Shown here piece after piece: positions 12,501-24,400 of a DNA stretch of 64,000 bases (its first letter is position 1; every line of letters begins with the position of its first letter). Origin of the DNA: Eutreptiella sp. 'Long Island Sound 2002' (taxonomy: Eukaryota; Protista; Euglenida); NCBI GenBank assembly GCA_964036045.1, contig OZ038378.1, forward strand, positions 163,184,001 through 163,248,000, written 5' to 3'. The notes below the pieces were generated by a model that ran no database searches, was not told where the DNA came from, and saw nothing but the letters and a program-made list of their open reading frames with translations. A program made the translations under genes and the position numbers.

Positions 12501-15500
12501 CCCCGCCCTTGCTCTCACACACACACACGCACGCGCGCGCGCACGCACGCACATACTCATGCACACACCCGGGGAGCCGACTGCTCCGTCACCGTAAGAG
12601 ATCTCACCACACGATGCGTCCAGAAACACATGCGCCACACCTCGTCAAAAGCAACGCACCAACTCTTCGGCCACAACACAAACGAAAGTTAGGGTGTCTT
12701 TCCGGGTCTGCAGAGCGCAACCCCGCACTGGGTTCCAGCCAAATTGCAGAGATTTCACTGGAGTGTCACGGCGTTCGGGTGGCACCTGTTACTGCTGTGT
12801 AATCCGTCTTGGCATGCCGCAGCAGGATGTCCATACAGTCAAACGAACCGCCCAATGCAGCCAGATGGAGCGGTGTCTCCTTACCGTCGTTCACGGTGCG
12901 GTTTCCCACTGCGTGCAACGAAAAAGATCAATCGCCGCCTGGACGCATACTTACACGCAAACATGCACGCATACACGTGCATTGCACGCACCAGTCGACA
13001 CACACTGTGCGCAAGGTGAGGTCAGTGCCCATCTTTCCAGCCACTCGGTGATGCAACCCTCCCCCCATCGGCTCGACAGGGGACTGCCCCAAGACCAATG
13101 TGGTACACGCCTCGAGAGCGACCAGCCGAAACGCAACGTCCCGCATAATTGAGGTACGTACAAACGAAAAGTGCGCTGAGTCAGGCAAGGCTCAGGCCGC
13201 CATTGGAAACAAGAGGTCAACAGCAACAAGCGGACTGAATGTGAAGCATTCTGGCGCCGGCATGGACGCAAAGGGGAAGAAGCAGCACGTGGGAGAAGAC
13301 GCACAGTGTCCCACTCTCACCAGCCAAAAACATTGCTTGTAATGGCTTGGCACGAGCAATGTAAACAAGTATTCCGACCAACTCAAACCGGCGCGTACAC
13401 CCAGAGGTACCAGCCGGCACGCTTCGTGAGCCTGTATGGCACACCCTCTTTCTGGCTTGCAACAGGCTTTGTACAACCAGGGGGGAATCCTATATCTCCT
13501 TTGCACCGATGCACCGCAAAAATGCCCTTCATATGTCGGTGGGTGCGTTGGGGCAGCAGCCTTCTGTCCTGTTGACTGACTGCTACAAATCTGGAAAGAG
13601 AACCAGTTTTCCATTCAACTGCTCGTTGCTTCCTGCCGTCGGTATTGATGCAAGAATCGGCAGCCATGGCATCAGCAGCTTGAGCTGCTGCTGGTAGAAC
13701 CAAAGACTCCCGTGCAGTCAACGGTTAGACAGACCAGATCTTGGCAGGCAGACTTGCCAAATAGCTGCTTTGGGCATATTGAGTGCTTGGGTTCAAAGGC
13801 TCTTCAGGGCCAGTCAGCTCTCTATTTCGCCCCCCCCTCCCCTTTCCCCCCCGGAAGACTGAGCCTCCTTTTGCAAGCAACGAGTGCTGTCCTGTTGTCG
13901 TGAACTTCAGCCACACCTTCTTGGGGCAAGGGTAACACAAAAACTTCATGTGCCCTCTGAACGCAGTGGACACCAGGGAACACCTACTGAAAATCCTTGG
14001 GGGATCCTTGGGCCAAGCAGCAGAGAAATTTTAACAACCTGGGCGGCTCGGCAAAGCGCTGCAGTCGTTTCAATGCACAGACGCACACCTAGCGACGACA
14101 TCTGCCCAGAATACGAATGGACGGCGGGGAGATTGCCGACGACGAGCTCGGTCCCGAAAAAACGGGAGCTGTCGGCGCCGAAACCGGCGATGCATTTCAC
14201 CAACGAAAACTGACTGCGGCCTTCCTTGCGTTCCCATGAGGTCTAACAGAACTGGATGACGAATTCGTCCACCAAACCTCTTATTTGTTTCACTTTGGAC
14301 TGACGTTATGCGCAGGACCCTATTGTCGTCGTCGGGTGCACGACAACGACCAAAATAAATCATCTGGAATCAACGACATGATCTGCAGCCGGCAACATAT
14401 CTTTATTGACCCCCTTTGCCCTGGCCTTTTTCCCCTCGCAGGAGCAAACCTGTCTCGAGATTAACGTCAACGTCATAAATGAGAACGAGTTCCTCGACAA
14501 CTGGTGCTTGCATTTTCAAGCAGGCAAGATGGACTGGTGTCATCCCGCCCTCTGGAAAAGCAAAGCGAGGGTCAGAGCGCAGGAGCATGGGCTTGCAGTG
14601 GTGGTGTTGGGCCGGGTTGGCGGGCTTGGGCACCGTACCCTTTAGAGAGCACGCCCTAGGAATCATGGGCAGCATATACAACACACGCAGCCAACGCATA
14701 GCGCGGTGTCAGCATCCTTGAGCGAAAACGCATCCCCTACCAAGCATGTTTGCAAAGGGTGCGAGGGCTGTCGGCGCGTCTCATCCCGAAACCCAAGACC
14801 CTCACAAGGCCAAGCAATGTGTAGCTGGCCCCGGCATGATAGCATTGCGTGGCATGCAGCCTGTGGGGGGTCATATCGCCTCTATCTTTCCCCACCTGTA
14901 CGTGGATAGTGTGGTTTGCATGGCGTTTGCGATGTACGCGGTCAATATGGTCTGCCTGGTGTGTGTGGTGTGCGTCGTTGGTGTGGTTTGCATGCGTCAG
15001 CGCCTCGGCTGATCAGCAATCTACCGATATCTAAATCTCCTCGATCCGCAGCTATGTGCAGTGGTCTCCACCCATCATTTCACATGGAATGCAGGGGGGG
15101 CAACACACACACACACACACACGCACAAATGTTTCTTTTTTGTATTTTGAAAAAATACCTCAATGCGAACTACTTGCCCAACCTGCTGACTGCTGCTCTC
15201 TGCATTCCGGTTAAAAAGAAACTGGACCTCGCCGGGATTCGGTCCCCGTGGCTCCTTCCTGAGCAGCAGGCTATCAGCTAAACTACAAGGCCCCTGTGCA
15301 CTGTAGGTAAGCTCATTGTATATAATCTGGACTACCAAATACCGGAAATGCCGCGAGGATATCTATGAACATCCCAAGAGCACGCCTTAGGAATCACGGG
15401 CAGCAAAAACAACACGCGCGGCCAACGCATAGCGCGGTGTCAGCATCCTTGAGCGAACCCGAAACCCAAAACCCTCACAAGGTCAAGCAATGTGTAGCTG

Positions 15501-18386
15501 GCCCCGGCATGATAGCATTGCGTGGCATGTGGCCTGTGGGGGGTCATATCGCCTCTATCTTTCCCCACCTGTACGTGGATAGTGTGGTTTGCATGGCGTT
15601 TGCGATGTACGCGGTTAATATTGTCTGCCTGGTGTGTGCGTCGTTGGTGTGGTTTTTGCATGCTTGCGGTGCGCTCTTCAGCTCTTCAGCGTACAGGCGT
15701 GCATGCTTTGACACAAAGAGCGTAGGGGGCGAGGCAGGAGTTTTTGGCAACCCACATACGTCCGATCGCATTCGGGTCAGCGCCTCGGCTGATCAGCAAT
15801 CTAACGATATCCAAATCTCCTCGATCCGCAGCTATGTGCAGTGGTCTCCACCCGTCATCTAACATGGAATGCAGGGGCAACACACACATCGGCACGCACA
15901 GATGTTTCTTTTTTGTATTTTGAAATATCCTCAACGCGAACTACTTGCCCAACCTGCTGACCATCTCGACATGAACATCTCAACCACTTCAACGCAGGGG
16001 CAGACATTATTTCGGAGGCTGCTGCATCGTTCACAAGGTGAAATTGATGCGACACACCATCACGTGCTTGCCCTTGATGGCGCTGTGACCTGCACGATCA
16101 CCAATCAACCCGCAAACCAATCCAGAGCAAGCACAAACCAACCCGGAACCAACCCAGAACAACTCGGAACCCCAAAGGCACAATCGATCCATTGTACGGA
16201 CTCATTGGTACAATGGAAGGAGATTAAGGTTCACCGGATATACAAGGTATGTCCCTGAATCCACGTTATGATTGACAGTGTCACCTCGGTGCGAACAAAT
16301 ACAAAAAGGACAAGCAAAAAGGGAAAGGATTGGCGAAATGTTGGTGCAAGGACACACTCTCGAAATTGACATCCGTAGCGGGGCAATCCAGCAAAAGGAT
16401 GACGACATCGATTTGGCCATGATGGCAAGCCGCGTGTAGGGCAGTGTCTCCAACATCTGCGACAAAGTTTTCGAATGAGCACGACAGTCGCACTCCCTTG
16501 CACAACTCGACGCACAAAAGCGGCCGGGACAAATTTGCCAGTTTTCGTTACATACCATTAATAGCGTTGACATCCCAGTTCGGATACTCCTCCAATATAC
16601 TTGCAGCGTCATCCACAAGACCGCAACCACATATCGTGACAAAATCGTTCACTGCACACACGAAATGATTGATATTCTTTCCCCTCGTATGCAGCGCGAT
16701 TCTTGCCACCCCTTCTTGTTTCCTGCCGCTCTTTCATGGTTGCGTATTGTTTGGGCGTCTGCCGGTGGACTTACACAAGCACACAAAGGTTTTCTAATGA
16801 GGAACTAAGTAAGCAACCAGCACCCAAACATTGTTACAGCCTTTGTGAGCCATGGATCACCCAATCGTTGATTTTTCCGAAATGATTTCTGTGTTAATGG
16901 GGACTGCAAGGACCGCAATTTTCAGAGGTGGCAGTTCGGGGGTGTTTTGTTTGGGCAAGAGAGGGGAGCCCCCGATAATCTACTGCATGAAACGGTGGAA
17001 GTGTTGGAACCAACCGAGCATAGGCAAATAACACCTGGGCAACCAACAAAGAGCCCAACCATGCAATCACCCAACTAGTAAGTGAGCACTGACACGATAG
17101 TGGCACGTGTTGGCACGTGTGGAGCCGATCGTATGCTCATACACCACTCATTAAAAGAATAATTAATACCTTATTGGTGTGCAATCTTTTTGTACTAACA
17201 ACATTGTTCCGGACACGCGTTTGAAAATCCATTTTCGCACTTTGTTTTGCGGGCCGATCCTACATTCGGGCTATGCAACCTGCAAGCTCTATGCCAACTT
17301 GCCCATGCACAAAGCACCCACGCATGTATTCACCAAGCACTAGCACCAATTCGTCCACCACACACAAACACCTAAATACCCATCACGTCTAAGCGCTCTA
17401 GCACAGTGTCTCAGCATCGAAGCAATCATGCAACCACGCCAAGCCTGCAAGCAACGCGCATCCGCACCCAAGCACCCACGCAACTACCAAAAAAAATACT
17501 CGAACACCAATCGGTCAACCAAATCATTTCGTCAACTACCCAAGGGCCGAGCAAGCACCCAAGCCCAGGCGCCAACACACACCGGCGCTTGTACAACACG
17601 CAAATATCGAGGCAACCAAACACCCATGAGCAACTCAACTACCCAACAACACCAAGGATCTACGGCAGGCTATACCACGGCAGAACAAGAATGCAAAAGG
17701 AGGGTACGAACGATTGTGCTAATCCTGGTAAGACCGTAGTTCTGTTTGCAGCACGTGGACAACAACATTCTGCGTTACAGAGACTGTGGCACAAGAAAAA
17801 CCCCTTCTGTTGCCGCGTGTGGTTGACCTACTGATACAACTATTGTTCCCTATTCCGTTCCCGAAAGTCAAAAAGAAAGGAGAATATGTTAGTACCCAGA
17901 TAGCCCCTAGGCGCGCGCCTTCTTGGCCACAAAACACGGCCTTACACAAACATACGCGTGAATACCAGTCTCGTTTTCGAATTCCCTTTTGGTAAGCCAT
18001 AAACGAAGCGAGTGTGTACGATCAAAGACTTGCCAAAGATGTTTTTGGCCCTGTCGCAGGACAGACACAAACCTGTCACCAGTCGAATATCAATATCCAG
18101 ATCTGGAAGCGCCCAAGTCACTTCGGGTTCGCGGGGTCGGAGGAGGGATTTCGGTTTTGTATCTGCGGAGGCGAAATCAAGCATCAATATGTGAGCGTGG
18201 TGGGGAATCGGAAGACTGGGAGACATGTTGACACTGCGGTGTTCACTTGCGTATGCACACCTAAGCGGGTCGTCCAATCTTCCTCCAACAAGAGCGTTGC
18301 CAGGGATTTGGTTCCCAGTGCGTTGGACATGCCACTCACGCTTTTCGTTTTCGTCATACTTGAGGTCCGTTGGAGGTAATCCTCCT
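417..18386 (-). CDS. Multi-exon ankyrin-repeat protein gene (5' exon(s) not identified; may continue past window start)
   Basis: GT-AG bounded exons that splice in frame: 18386-18261 (EEDYLQ...LLLEEDWTTRL), 16456-16358 (VGDTALHAACHHGQIDVVILLL), 15858-15760 (DGWRPLHIAADRGDLDIVRLLISRGADPN), 14551-14450 (GGMTPVHLACLKMQAPVVEELV), 12908-12786 (GKETPLHLAALGGSFDCMDILL), 11845-11776 (GWNVLHIAAEHGHTDVVELIL), ~10468-10394 (ASGADVLNVNVKG/LNPLYLA, frameshifted), 8281-8180 (GGFAPLHLAAGQGHTEAVKALV), 6662-6564 (GGSTALIIACENNCSDVVSTLLKAGAD), 3946-3848 (TGDTALHTVADKGFADLWKLLIDAG), 509-417 (LMECVEDGDAGAVDRFI...VNATD). Ankyrin consensus G-x-T-P-L-H-x-A recognised by eye. Confidence 0.85.
850..1430. repeat. Dispersed repeat family member (diverged relatives at ~6820-6970 and ~7390-7550)
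   Basis: Shared segment ttttgaRccaYgtagccMaagatatg...catggagttag...aaggg(c)t in three places; internal CCCAAAATGGG / TTTTTGACCCA repeats. Confidence 0.55.
3848..3946 (-). CDS. Ankyrin repeat exon (99 nt)
   Basis: ttctgtcgcAG / GTATGC; TGDTALHTVADKGFADLWKLLIDAGVTPNAPN. Confidence 0.85.
6564..6662 (-). CDS. Ankyrin repeat exon (99 nt)
   Basis: ctgcttttcAG / GTATGT; GGSTALIIACENNCSDVVSTLLKAGADASCAT. Confidence 0.85.
8180..8281 (-). CDS. Ankyrin repeat exon (102 nt; absent from the ORF track)
   Basis: gtgtgtAG / GTACGC; GGFAPLHLAAGQGHTEAVKALVSRKAVDKDIRT. Confidence 0.85.
9004..9546 (+). repeat. (ACATC)n microsatellite arrays (9004-9159, 9362-9546) enclosing a 210-bp dispersed repeat
   Basis: Direct reading; the core 9160-9369 is nearly identical to 34579-34788. 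Confidence 0.95.
11776..11845 (-). CDS. Ankyrin repeat exon (70 nt, phase 1-2)
   Basis: ctcattcAG / GTATGC; MGWNVLHIAAEHGHTDVVELIL. Confidence 0.85.
12786..12908 (-). CDS. Ankyrin repeat exon (123 nt; absent from the ORF track)
   Basis: gcacgcAG / GTGCCA; GNRTVNDGKETPLHLAALGGSFDCMDILLRHAKTDYTAVT. Confidence 0.8.
14450..14551 (-). CDS. Ankyrin repeat exon (102 nt)
   Basis: gcttttccAG / GTTTGC; GGMTPVHLACLKMQAPVVEELVLIYDVDVNLET. Confidence 0.85.
15001..15078 (-). pseudogene. Dead duplicate of the ankyrin exon at 15760-15858
   Basis: Same DGWRPLHIAADRGDLDI sequence, but the acceptor reads gtgAA instead of gttAG and the 3' end with its donor is missing. Confidence 0.75.
15190..15293 (-). mobile_element. 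tRNA-derived SINE-like / tRNA-pseudogene repeat, copy 1
   Basis: GGGCCTTG...CGAGGTCCA acceptor-like stem, A-box-like TAGTTTAG, B-box-like GGACCGAATCCC, T-rich run, and a tail shared with 26046-26154. Confidence 0.6.
15760..15858 (-). CDS. Ankyrin repeat exon (99 nt)
   Basis: ccatgttAG / GTATGT; DGWRPLHIAADRGDLDIVRLLISRGADPNAIG. Confidence 0.9.
16358..16456 (-). CDS. Ankyrin repeat exon (99 nt)
   Basis: ttgtcgcAG / GTGTGT; VGDTALHAACHHGQIDVVILLLDCPATDVNFE. Confidence 0.9.
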
Positions 18387-18863
18387 CTGAAGGCACCAAA
18401 GGAAAACAACGTGATGGCGTATTTCAAACGACGAAACAAGAAATCTTTCGGAGGAAATCAACCTGCAGTCTCTACGGCATTGCTCAACCTCAAGACGCCG
18501 TCAGCTGCAGGCTTCAAATAAATTGTCTCTTGAAGTACCATCTTGGTGCCACAAAACAACCAAGGCACCTAGCAAAAAGACACAAAAATGACACGTTCAG
18601 TCAGGAATTCAGGGGGATCGAGATTCCGGAGAATTTTCTATTGCCCAGTGTGAGCGACAGTTCTACTCGCGGGCAGAATTGCGCCGGCACTGCCTTCACT
18701 ACCTAGGGGAACTGCGCGCGAATTGCGAGCTGATGCGCGCGCATATTCGAGCTGCTGTGCTCGAAGATAGCTCGCAAACCGCTGCGCCACGTGTGCCCAA
18801 AAATGAAGACAATTGAGAAAGAACTGTTTCATTGCACATTTTTCCTGCAGATATCTCAGAAAA

Positions 18864-19297
18864 ATGAATTATTTGCAGATCTTGCTGCTGTTGCTTTGTT
18901 TGGCAACAGCATTGGGTGCGCCAAAGAAGGACAAAAAAGCTTGTCCAAAGCTTGTGGGCAACCTAAAAAAGCATTGGCTTCAATGCCGTGAGAAATATGG
19001 AAATGATCCTCCACAGCCGATACCACCACTGGTGCCAAAGGAGCCACGTATGTGAATTTGATCATGAAATGCTCTTTTTTTGCCACATGAAAAGGAACTT
19101 GGCCATACTTCCCAATAGAATTTGAGCTTTGGCCGCATCTTTGCTCCGAAGCATGCAACCTTCCGGACACTAACGAGGTGTTTGGGGTTCCCCAAGACCT
19201 GCAAGAAGACGCGCCGGAAGAGGTAGATGAGGACCAACTAGTGGAATTTTGGGATGCAATATGTGCCGCCGATGAGGTGAAACTCCCACGGTGGTAG
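18864..19297 (+). CDS. Small secreted protein, 120 aa, two exons (18864-19047, 19119-19297)
   Basis: Signal-peptide-like MNYLQILLLLLCLATALGA; the GTATGT...caatAG intron (19048-19118) joins in frame to QFELWPHLCSEACNLPD...VEFWDAICAADEVKLPRW*; pyrimidine tract + AG just upstream of the ATG. Confidence 0.65.
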
Positions 19298-21421
19298 GTG
19301 ACGCTTAGGGAGGAATCAGGGGCTCCAATTTAGCCCGAATCTCTTGAGTGAGATCAACAACAAGTTGAGAGGTGGCTCCTCGGAGAGCCTCTCGTATCTC
19401 CGACCGCGTCAGGGACCTGTTGGAGGATCTTCCAGATCCTCTACTCCTTCCACCAAGAGACTCAGGGCCACGTAGGCCACTCAGGGAAGTGACACCAGGT
19501 GCTGGCATAGTATAGCCCACTGAAGGCAGCTCTAAAGCCTTCCAGAGAATCATCCTCCAGCCCACTTAAGGGCACTGAAGGTACAGGCTCCTCAGGTTCA
19601 GGTTCACCAGCAGGTTTGGGCGCTGGCGCTGGCTTGGCTGGTGCCACTGAGGGCGCTGTCGTCTCGGCAGTGTCCTTGGTGTCCATATTGTATTTCTTCG
19701 CCCTTCAGTGGAGTCAGTCTCGACGTACTGGTTGTACTGCACGGGGTTGCAAGTACGCAAAGACTGAAAATCTCTGCTACCAGAAAGTTAGAACAGGCTT
19801 TCATTGTTGATTGCTTTGATGATATTGCTTTGTTGATGCCCCTGCTTGCTCCTGATGCTTCTTGATGTAGTTCAGGTATTCCAAACAAATAAGTTTTGAT
19901 GAAATCAACCCAAGTACCCACAGTTGCAAGGCAAAGGACCACAGGATCAAATCCACAACATGAAGGGCTGCAGTCAAAGGAGATAATGTAGCAACAAAGG
20001 AAACTCACAATAACTACAGATTTATGAAAAGATAGTTAGAAAATATCCTACAAACATGGAAAAACCGCCCACATGGGCATCCTTTCTTTTATAGTGCCAT
20101 CAAGAGATGTGCACTCTTTGTTTTGGGTCCCATAGGTGCTGAGGTGGCATGGCTGGTGGCGCTGAGGTCACTGCCATGTCACATGGGATATTCCTACTTA
20201 GCTAGGCTGACTGGGAATTGAACCCAGGACCCAGGACAAAAAGAGGTGCCACAGCTCCCTAGGGTGCAGACCACTAGGATAGCTAAGCATTCATGAGAGT
20301 ACATAGAAAAATGTATAGGCTCTGGATCAATGTCAGCGCCTCAGTCAGTCTAGGAAATGGTGTATGACATCAATCAGTTGGGGGGTCAGGGGTCCACACA
20401 ACATCCATAGATCAATGCTTGGTTTTATAGGTCAAAATGTCTTGTCACCCCTTTTTGGATAGGCCAATACTAAGATAAAAATGAGTTATGCCTTTAGGCC
20501 TCTTTATAACAACTAAAGCTAACCTTTTGGCAGGGAAATACACTTTTTCTTACTGTTACCCTACGGGAGAACTAAAGCAGAAGAGGAAAACTTACAGGGG
20601 AACTAAGAAAGAAGAGGAGAAACAAGAGGAAATCTGGTCTTCTACTTTGTGCCTGCTAACATGCATGCTACGTGCCCATCTTGCATTGTTTATTTGTGTG
20701 CATTCTTAGTGCCTTGCCCATCATGCAATACTTATAGAGTTCCCCAGGTAGTGAAGGTAGTGCCTAGTGTTAGGTTCCTTCACTACCTAGGGATCATCAT
20801 AATGGAAAAACATTCATTTTGCAATCCTTCCTTAAAAGGGAAATCAAGATTCCTCCCTTCCATTTCCCCCGATTTCCCATCCCAAATCGCCCAAAAATCC
20901 TAATTTTAGCCTTTTTTTTTCATCCCGCAATCTTCCATTTATAGCCTTTTATAAGCCGCAAATCCTCCTTTCATAGCCCTTGGGACATGTCGCAAATCCT
21001 CCTTTTATACCCCTTTGTCGCCCATTTTTCTCCCTAGGCAGCTTCTTCCCTAGGTAGTGAAGGTACTCCCATTGCGCCAGGACTGCACGAGACTCGAGTT
21101 TCCAACATCCAGTGCGCCATGTCAGGTACAGACAAATGGCGAGGGACCGATAAGCGGGGCGTAATGTCAGAGGGCTTTCCTTGGGCTGCCAGCGTTTGTG
21201 TTGGGTGTGTAGGTATGCGAGAGAGATTCTGAGTTCTGTCTGGTTGTGGAAAGATATCATGTGGGAAAGTCCCGGAAAATCCGTTACCGACATATGGTCC
21301 CGGTACGCAACACAAGAAACACAACCCTCAAGTCTATTACTAGCAATGTTGTCCATGATTCTCCACCTCCTCCGATAGTTGTGTTGCTTCAGAGTACTTC
21401 CATGGCTATTTTCAACACTTA

Positions 21422-24400
21422 ATGGCATTAGACCGCTATAGAAGTCGAGAGTCATTAGCAGATGACCCAGCTCTATCCTCTCTCGATGACCCGCCCATTT
21501 TCCAAGGGTATATGGACAAGAAGGGAGAAAGAGGATTCAACCCCCAGATGAAGCGACGCTACTTTGTGGGGTTTAAAGGTGGTATCCTAAGATATTACGA
21601 AGAAAAAGGTGTGGTTTGCCAGGCAATAGCACCTTGCGTGAATGAGTGCGTGCCTTGTTCGGATCTGAATTCTTGCACGTTTGCTTGCACCTTAGTTGGA
21701 CGTCATTCTTTGTTTGCTGTCAACGCAACAATAAGACTGGCCGGATAGTGCATGATATTTCGAAATCACCGATACCCACAAACATGACTTGTCGACTAAA
21801 TGACGCGGTTTCGCACTTCGGTGGAGTTTTCCATCGATCGAACGAACGTCACATCGGAACCATTGGTGGCCCTAGAAAACCACACGTAGCCCACAAACAC
21901 GTGGTGCGACTAGTGGCCTTGCTTTTGCATATCCAATGCCTTGCAACCCTGAGACCTTCGACTCATGTTTCCTCCGTTAGGGGCCATTGACGTTCGGGGA
22001 AAGAAGATTAGGGCGGACCCCACGAACCCAAGGCTATTGGAGATCAGAGATTCCGGCCGAACTTGGGAATTGGTTGCAGAGTCTGCAGCAGAAAGAGATC
22101 AGTGGATGGAGAGCTTGGATCGCATGTCCAAATGCCATGTCCCCGTCCTTGATGCGGACGTGTACCCGAATCGGTATATGCACCTCCAAACACTCACAGG
22201 TTGGGTGCAAGTGCAGGATGACGTAGCGGTCGCCGCATGAACCTGTACGGGCATATGCTACTAACATTTGCATCAAACGGGGCCAACCATTGATATGTTC
22301 ATTCTTATACAATTGAGGTTTGAGAGAATAACGGTATCCCATTCGATCATTCGAGCGGGGCTTAATAACATACAACACTTGGACATGTTTGCTCTACCGA
22401 GAAATGTTTCCGAGACGTCTTTGTCATTATTCGCGCGCCTTAGAAAGCCGCACGGCTAATGGCATTTCGTTTTCACGAACTCGAACCTTGCAAATGCCTA
22501 GCCGAGCCACCCGACGAGTTGTGAGAAATCCATTGAGGGAAATGGAAAACACGTTGCACCTTTAAATGTTGCCTACTACGTTTTAGGTCTTCTGGCAATT
22601 TCGAGGAACAAAGTGTGGAGGAAGTTGTCTACGAAAATCAACAGTATTTCATTGGGCCGGGATGGTCCCCGAACGTCACGCAAACCCACAAAGTACCCCG
22701 TTGGTCATCTTTCGATGGCACTATTGACCTTAATCCAAACCACCTCATGCTCCCCGACGACAAATGGGAGTGGTCAGGGGAGTGGTATGTCAACCGCCCG
22801 CCAGATTCAAATGAAGGTGTGCGCTTCACTAGAGCCCCACGGGTGGGGTTGAGGAAGGATGCGTTCGTAGTGTGTTTCCCTTATGAAGGCATGGTGTCCA
22901 TTGGAATTGGGGAGCCTTGAGAATTTCGGTCATCCGAAGGCCGGGCGCTCCGCTGCCGAGATGCCGGTCGGACGCCACCCACCTGTCTAACAACCCCATT
23001 TGGGATCTCGGGAACAATTGGTGGTTCTTGCGCCCCCTATGTGCAATAGCATTGGGCAACACGAGATATGATAAAACGAAGACTTGGTTTGTTTTTGCCT
23101 TCAGCCGTGCACTCCCTCCAACAACACGGAGAAATGTATGGCACATGTGAAGGTAAACATGGGGTATTCGTATGGTATAAACGAGTTGCGACTACAATGC
23201 AACGTTTTTCCTGTGGGGTAGCAAATTTTTTAGAAAAACGTCGAATTCATTCAAGGGACCCGAAATGGGAGGCCGATTTTAATTACACAAACCAAGACGG
23301 CCCACCCCTAAGCAATGGCCGTATATCAGCTGGCTGCCCCGAAGTGGGCGGCCCCGAGAGAGGCGGGGACGTTCTTGGTTCGGCCGGACCCGTGCGTCTA
23401 CGATACGGTTCATCTTTTCGAGGGGTCACAAGAGAGCTCATGGCCACAATCCCAACACCTCGTACTTTGAGTTGGAAAACTGCACCGAGCAGCAAGTCCC
23501 CAACTACCATACATTGCTCCCCAAAGGAAGCCGCCCCGGCTATGGGAGCCTCCAGAAGCTCATTATGGGCCGTAGGTCCCTCCACATCTCCGTGCTCTGT
23601 GCAAAAGTTGGGTTTGGGGGTGTCAGCCACATGTTTGGTTGCAGAGGGTCTTCTAATCCCATCCAATGCGTATTAGTACCATCCTTTCATGCCGCAACCA
23701 CATTCAAACAGCACCACACCCTGCACACCACACCTTTTTCATTCCCCCGCCTCCCTTTCTCTTGTGGCAATCTTGCAGTGCTCTAGTGGTCACCACTACA
23801 CAATTCGGAGATTTTACACTATGCATTAGAATAGTCTTGCTTGCTTGATGATTGAGGACTCAGATGCATGCAGCAAACAGCCACGACAAATTATGATTGT
23901 GGAGAAGAGGGTGTACTTGTAGGTTGGCCAAGCGCCCCCCCTCCCTTGGGGCTTGTCAGCAATCCTTCGCGTACCTTTTAGGTTGGCAATATGCTGCGGA
24001 TTTTTGCGCTACTGCCACTTGGAGCAGCCAGGCGCCACGTCCTTTGTCGGGCGTGCGTCGTAGGGAGTGGAAGCGTTTGCGGGTTCGGAAGTCCGACGCA
24101 TCCCCCATCATCTCGGAGCCCTGGCATCGTGACTTGTTGAGGTATTGACTTGCTCATTCATGTGATTTCTCGCACTCGCTCAGCTTCGGGGGTTTTGGGA
24201 GGTTGATTGCGGTCTGTTCTCTTCGCCATTTTGAGACCTTAGTCAGGCCCGCAACCAGCCACAAATATACACTTGCGATGATATTGGCCGTACGAGCGAC
24301 GAGTCATTTTTGGTCAATGTCATAGAGGCGACGTTGTTCGCGTGCGCGTCATCTTTCGTGTTGACGACACATTGGCCCAGAAATAGATTGCATGACGCTG

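Larger units (their letters stand above)
14646..15960. repeat. Tandem segmental duplication (~14646-15190 vs ~15377-15960) including an ankyrin exon
   Basis: Long shared runs such as gcatagcgcggtgtcagcatccttgagcgaa, ccccacctgtacgtggatagtgtggtttgcatggcgtttgcgatgtacgcggt and cgcctcggctgatcagcaatcta in both copies. Confidence 0.9.

Noticed and set aside
17700-17800. Ankyrin-like GKTVVLFAARGQQHSALQRL on the plus strand
   Set aside because: It is on the opposite strand to the ankyrin gene, is a weak match and has no consistent splice sites.
20205-20290. Another tRNA-like segment on the minus strand (CTGGG-TTCAATT-CCCAG T-arm)
   Set aside because: Only the T-arm is convincing; no acceptor or anticodon arm could be built.
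20649-21455. LHYLG motifs suggesting a reverse transcriptase
   Set aside because: HYLG is simply the translation of the CACTACCTAGGG DNA motif; no other RT motifs are nearby.
23068-23676. 202-aa plus and 127-aa minus ORFs in intron 3 of the PH-DysF gene
   Set aside because: No recognisable motifs; the flanking exons join in frame without them.
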